Shown here: piece after piece, positions 63,778-64,000 of the stretch
How positions within the stretch are numbered: position 1 is the stretch's first letter
Layout of the letters: each line of letters opens with the position of its first letter
Source: Anolis carolinensis
Taxonomy: Eukaryota
NCBI RefSeq assembly: GCF_035594765.1
Contig: NC_085843.1
Span: 260,935,971 to 260,999,970 of the forward strand
Direction: 5' to 3'
Length of the DNA stretch: 64,000 bases
Made by a program: the position numbers and the translations under genes
The notes under the pieces: model-generated
Seen by the model: the letters and a program-made list of their open reading frames with translations, nothing else
What the model was told of the DNA's origin: nothing
Database searches by the model: none

Positions 63778-64000
63778 TTCATTTTCTAAATAAAAATATG
63801 TTCATGTATGTATGTACCTTCCAGCTGTCTACTGACAAATGGCAACTTTGTGGATTTTAAAGAGTTTTCTTAGACAAGTGGAGCGCAGCAGGTGATTTGC
63901 AAATTATTTCTTTAAGAACATAGTATAATAACAATTCATAATACCTTCTCTTTGCATATGCCAATAGTACATTCCCAGTACACTTTGCTTATGTGACTCA

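Overview
AT-rich vertebrate genomic DNA. The repeats (Sauria SINE, Anolis-type tRNA SINE, Penelope, Vingi, CR1/L2, hAT, Tc1-mariner and Harbinger MITEs) point to a squamate, probably an Anolis lizard. The window holds two convergent multi-exon genes. (1) On +, the last 12 coding exons of KCNAB1 (Kv-beta1, aldo-keto reductase fold) span 5654-52616 (941 coding nt, all phases consistent); the N-terminal exons lie upstream. (2) On -, exons 2-5 of SSR3 (TRAP-gamma) span 63594-58039; exon 1 lies beyond the window. Nearly all ORF-track entries are spurious or transposon-derived. The most notable observations are: a GC-AG final KCNAB1 intron flanked by two in-frame canonical GT donors (-66 and +30 nt); a U12 minor intron in SSR3; Penelope-borne minimal hammerhead ribozyme motifs, including a 90-bp palindrome that breaks inside the ribozyme core; a GC-rich 37-bp intronic hairpin with a possible pseudoknot and G-U bias on the sense strand; two solo LTRs antisense to KCNAB1; and several nested transposon insertions with readable TSDs. 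No unambiguous new biological system is demonstrable from the sequence alone. Gene and repeat family names come from recall, not database searches.
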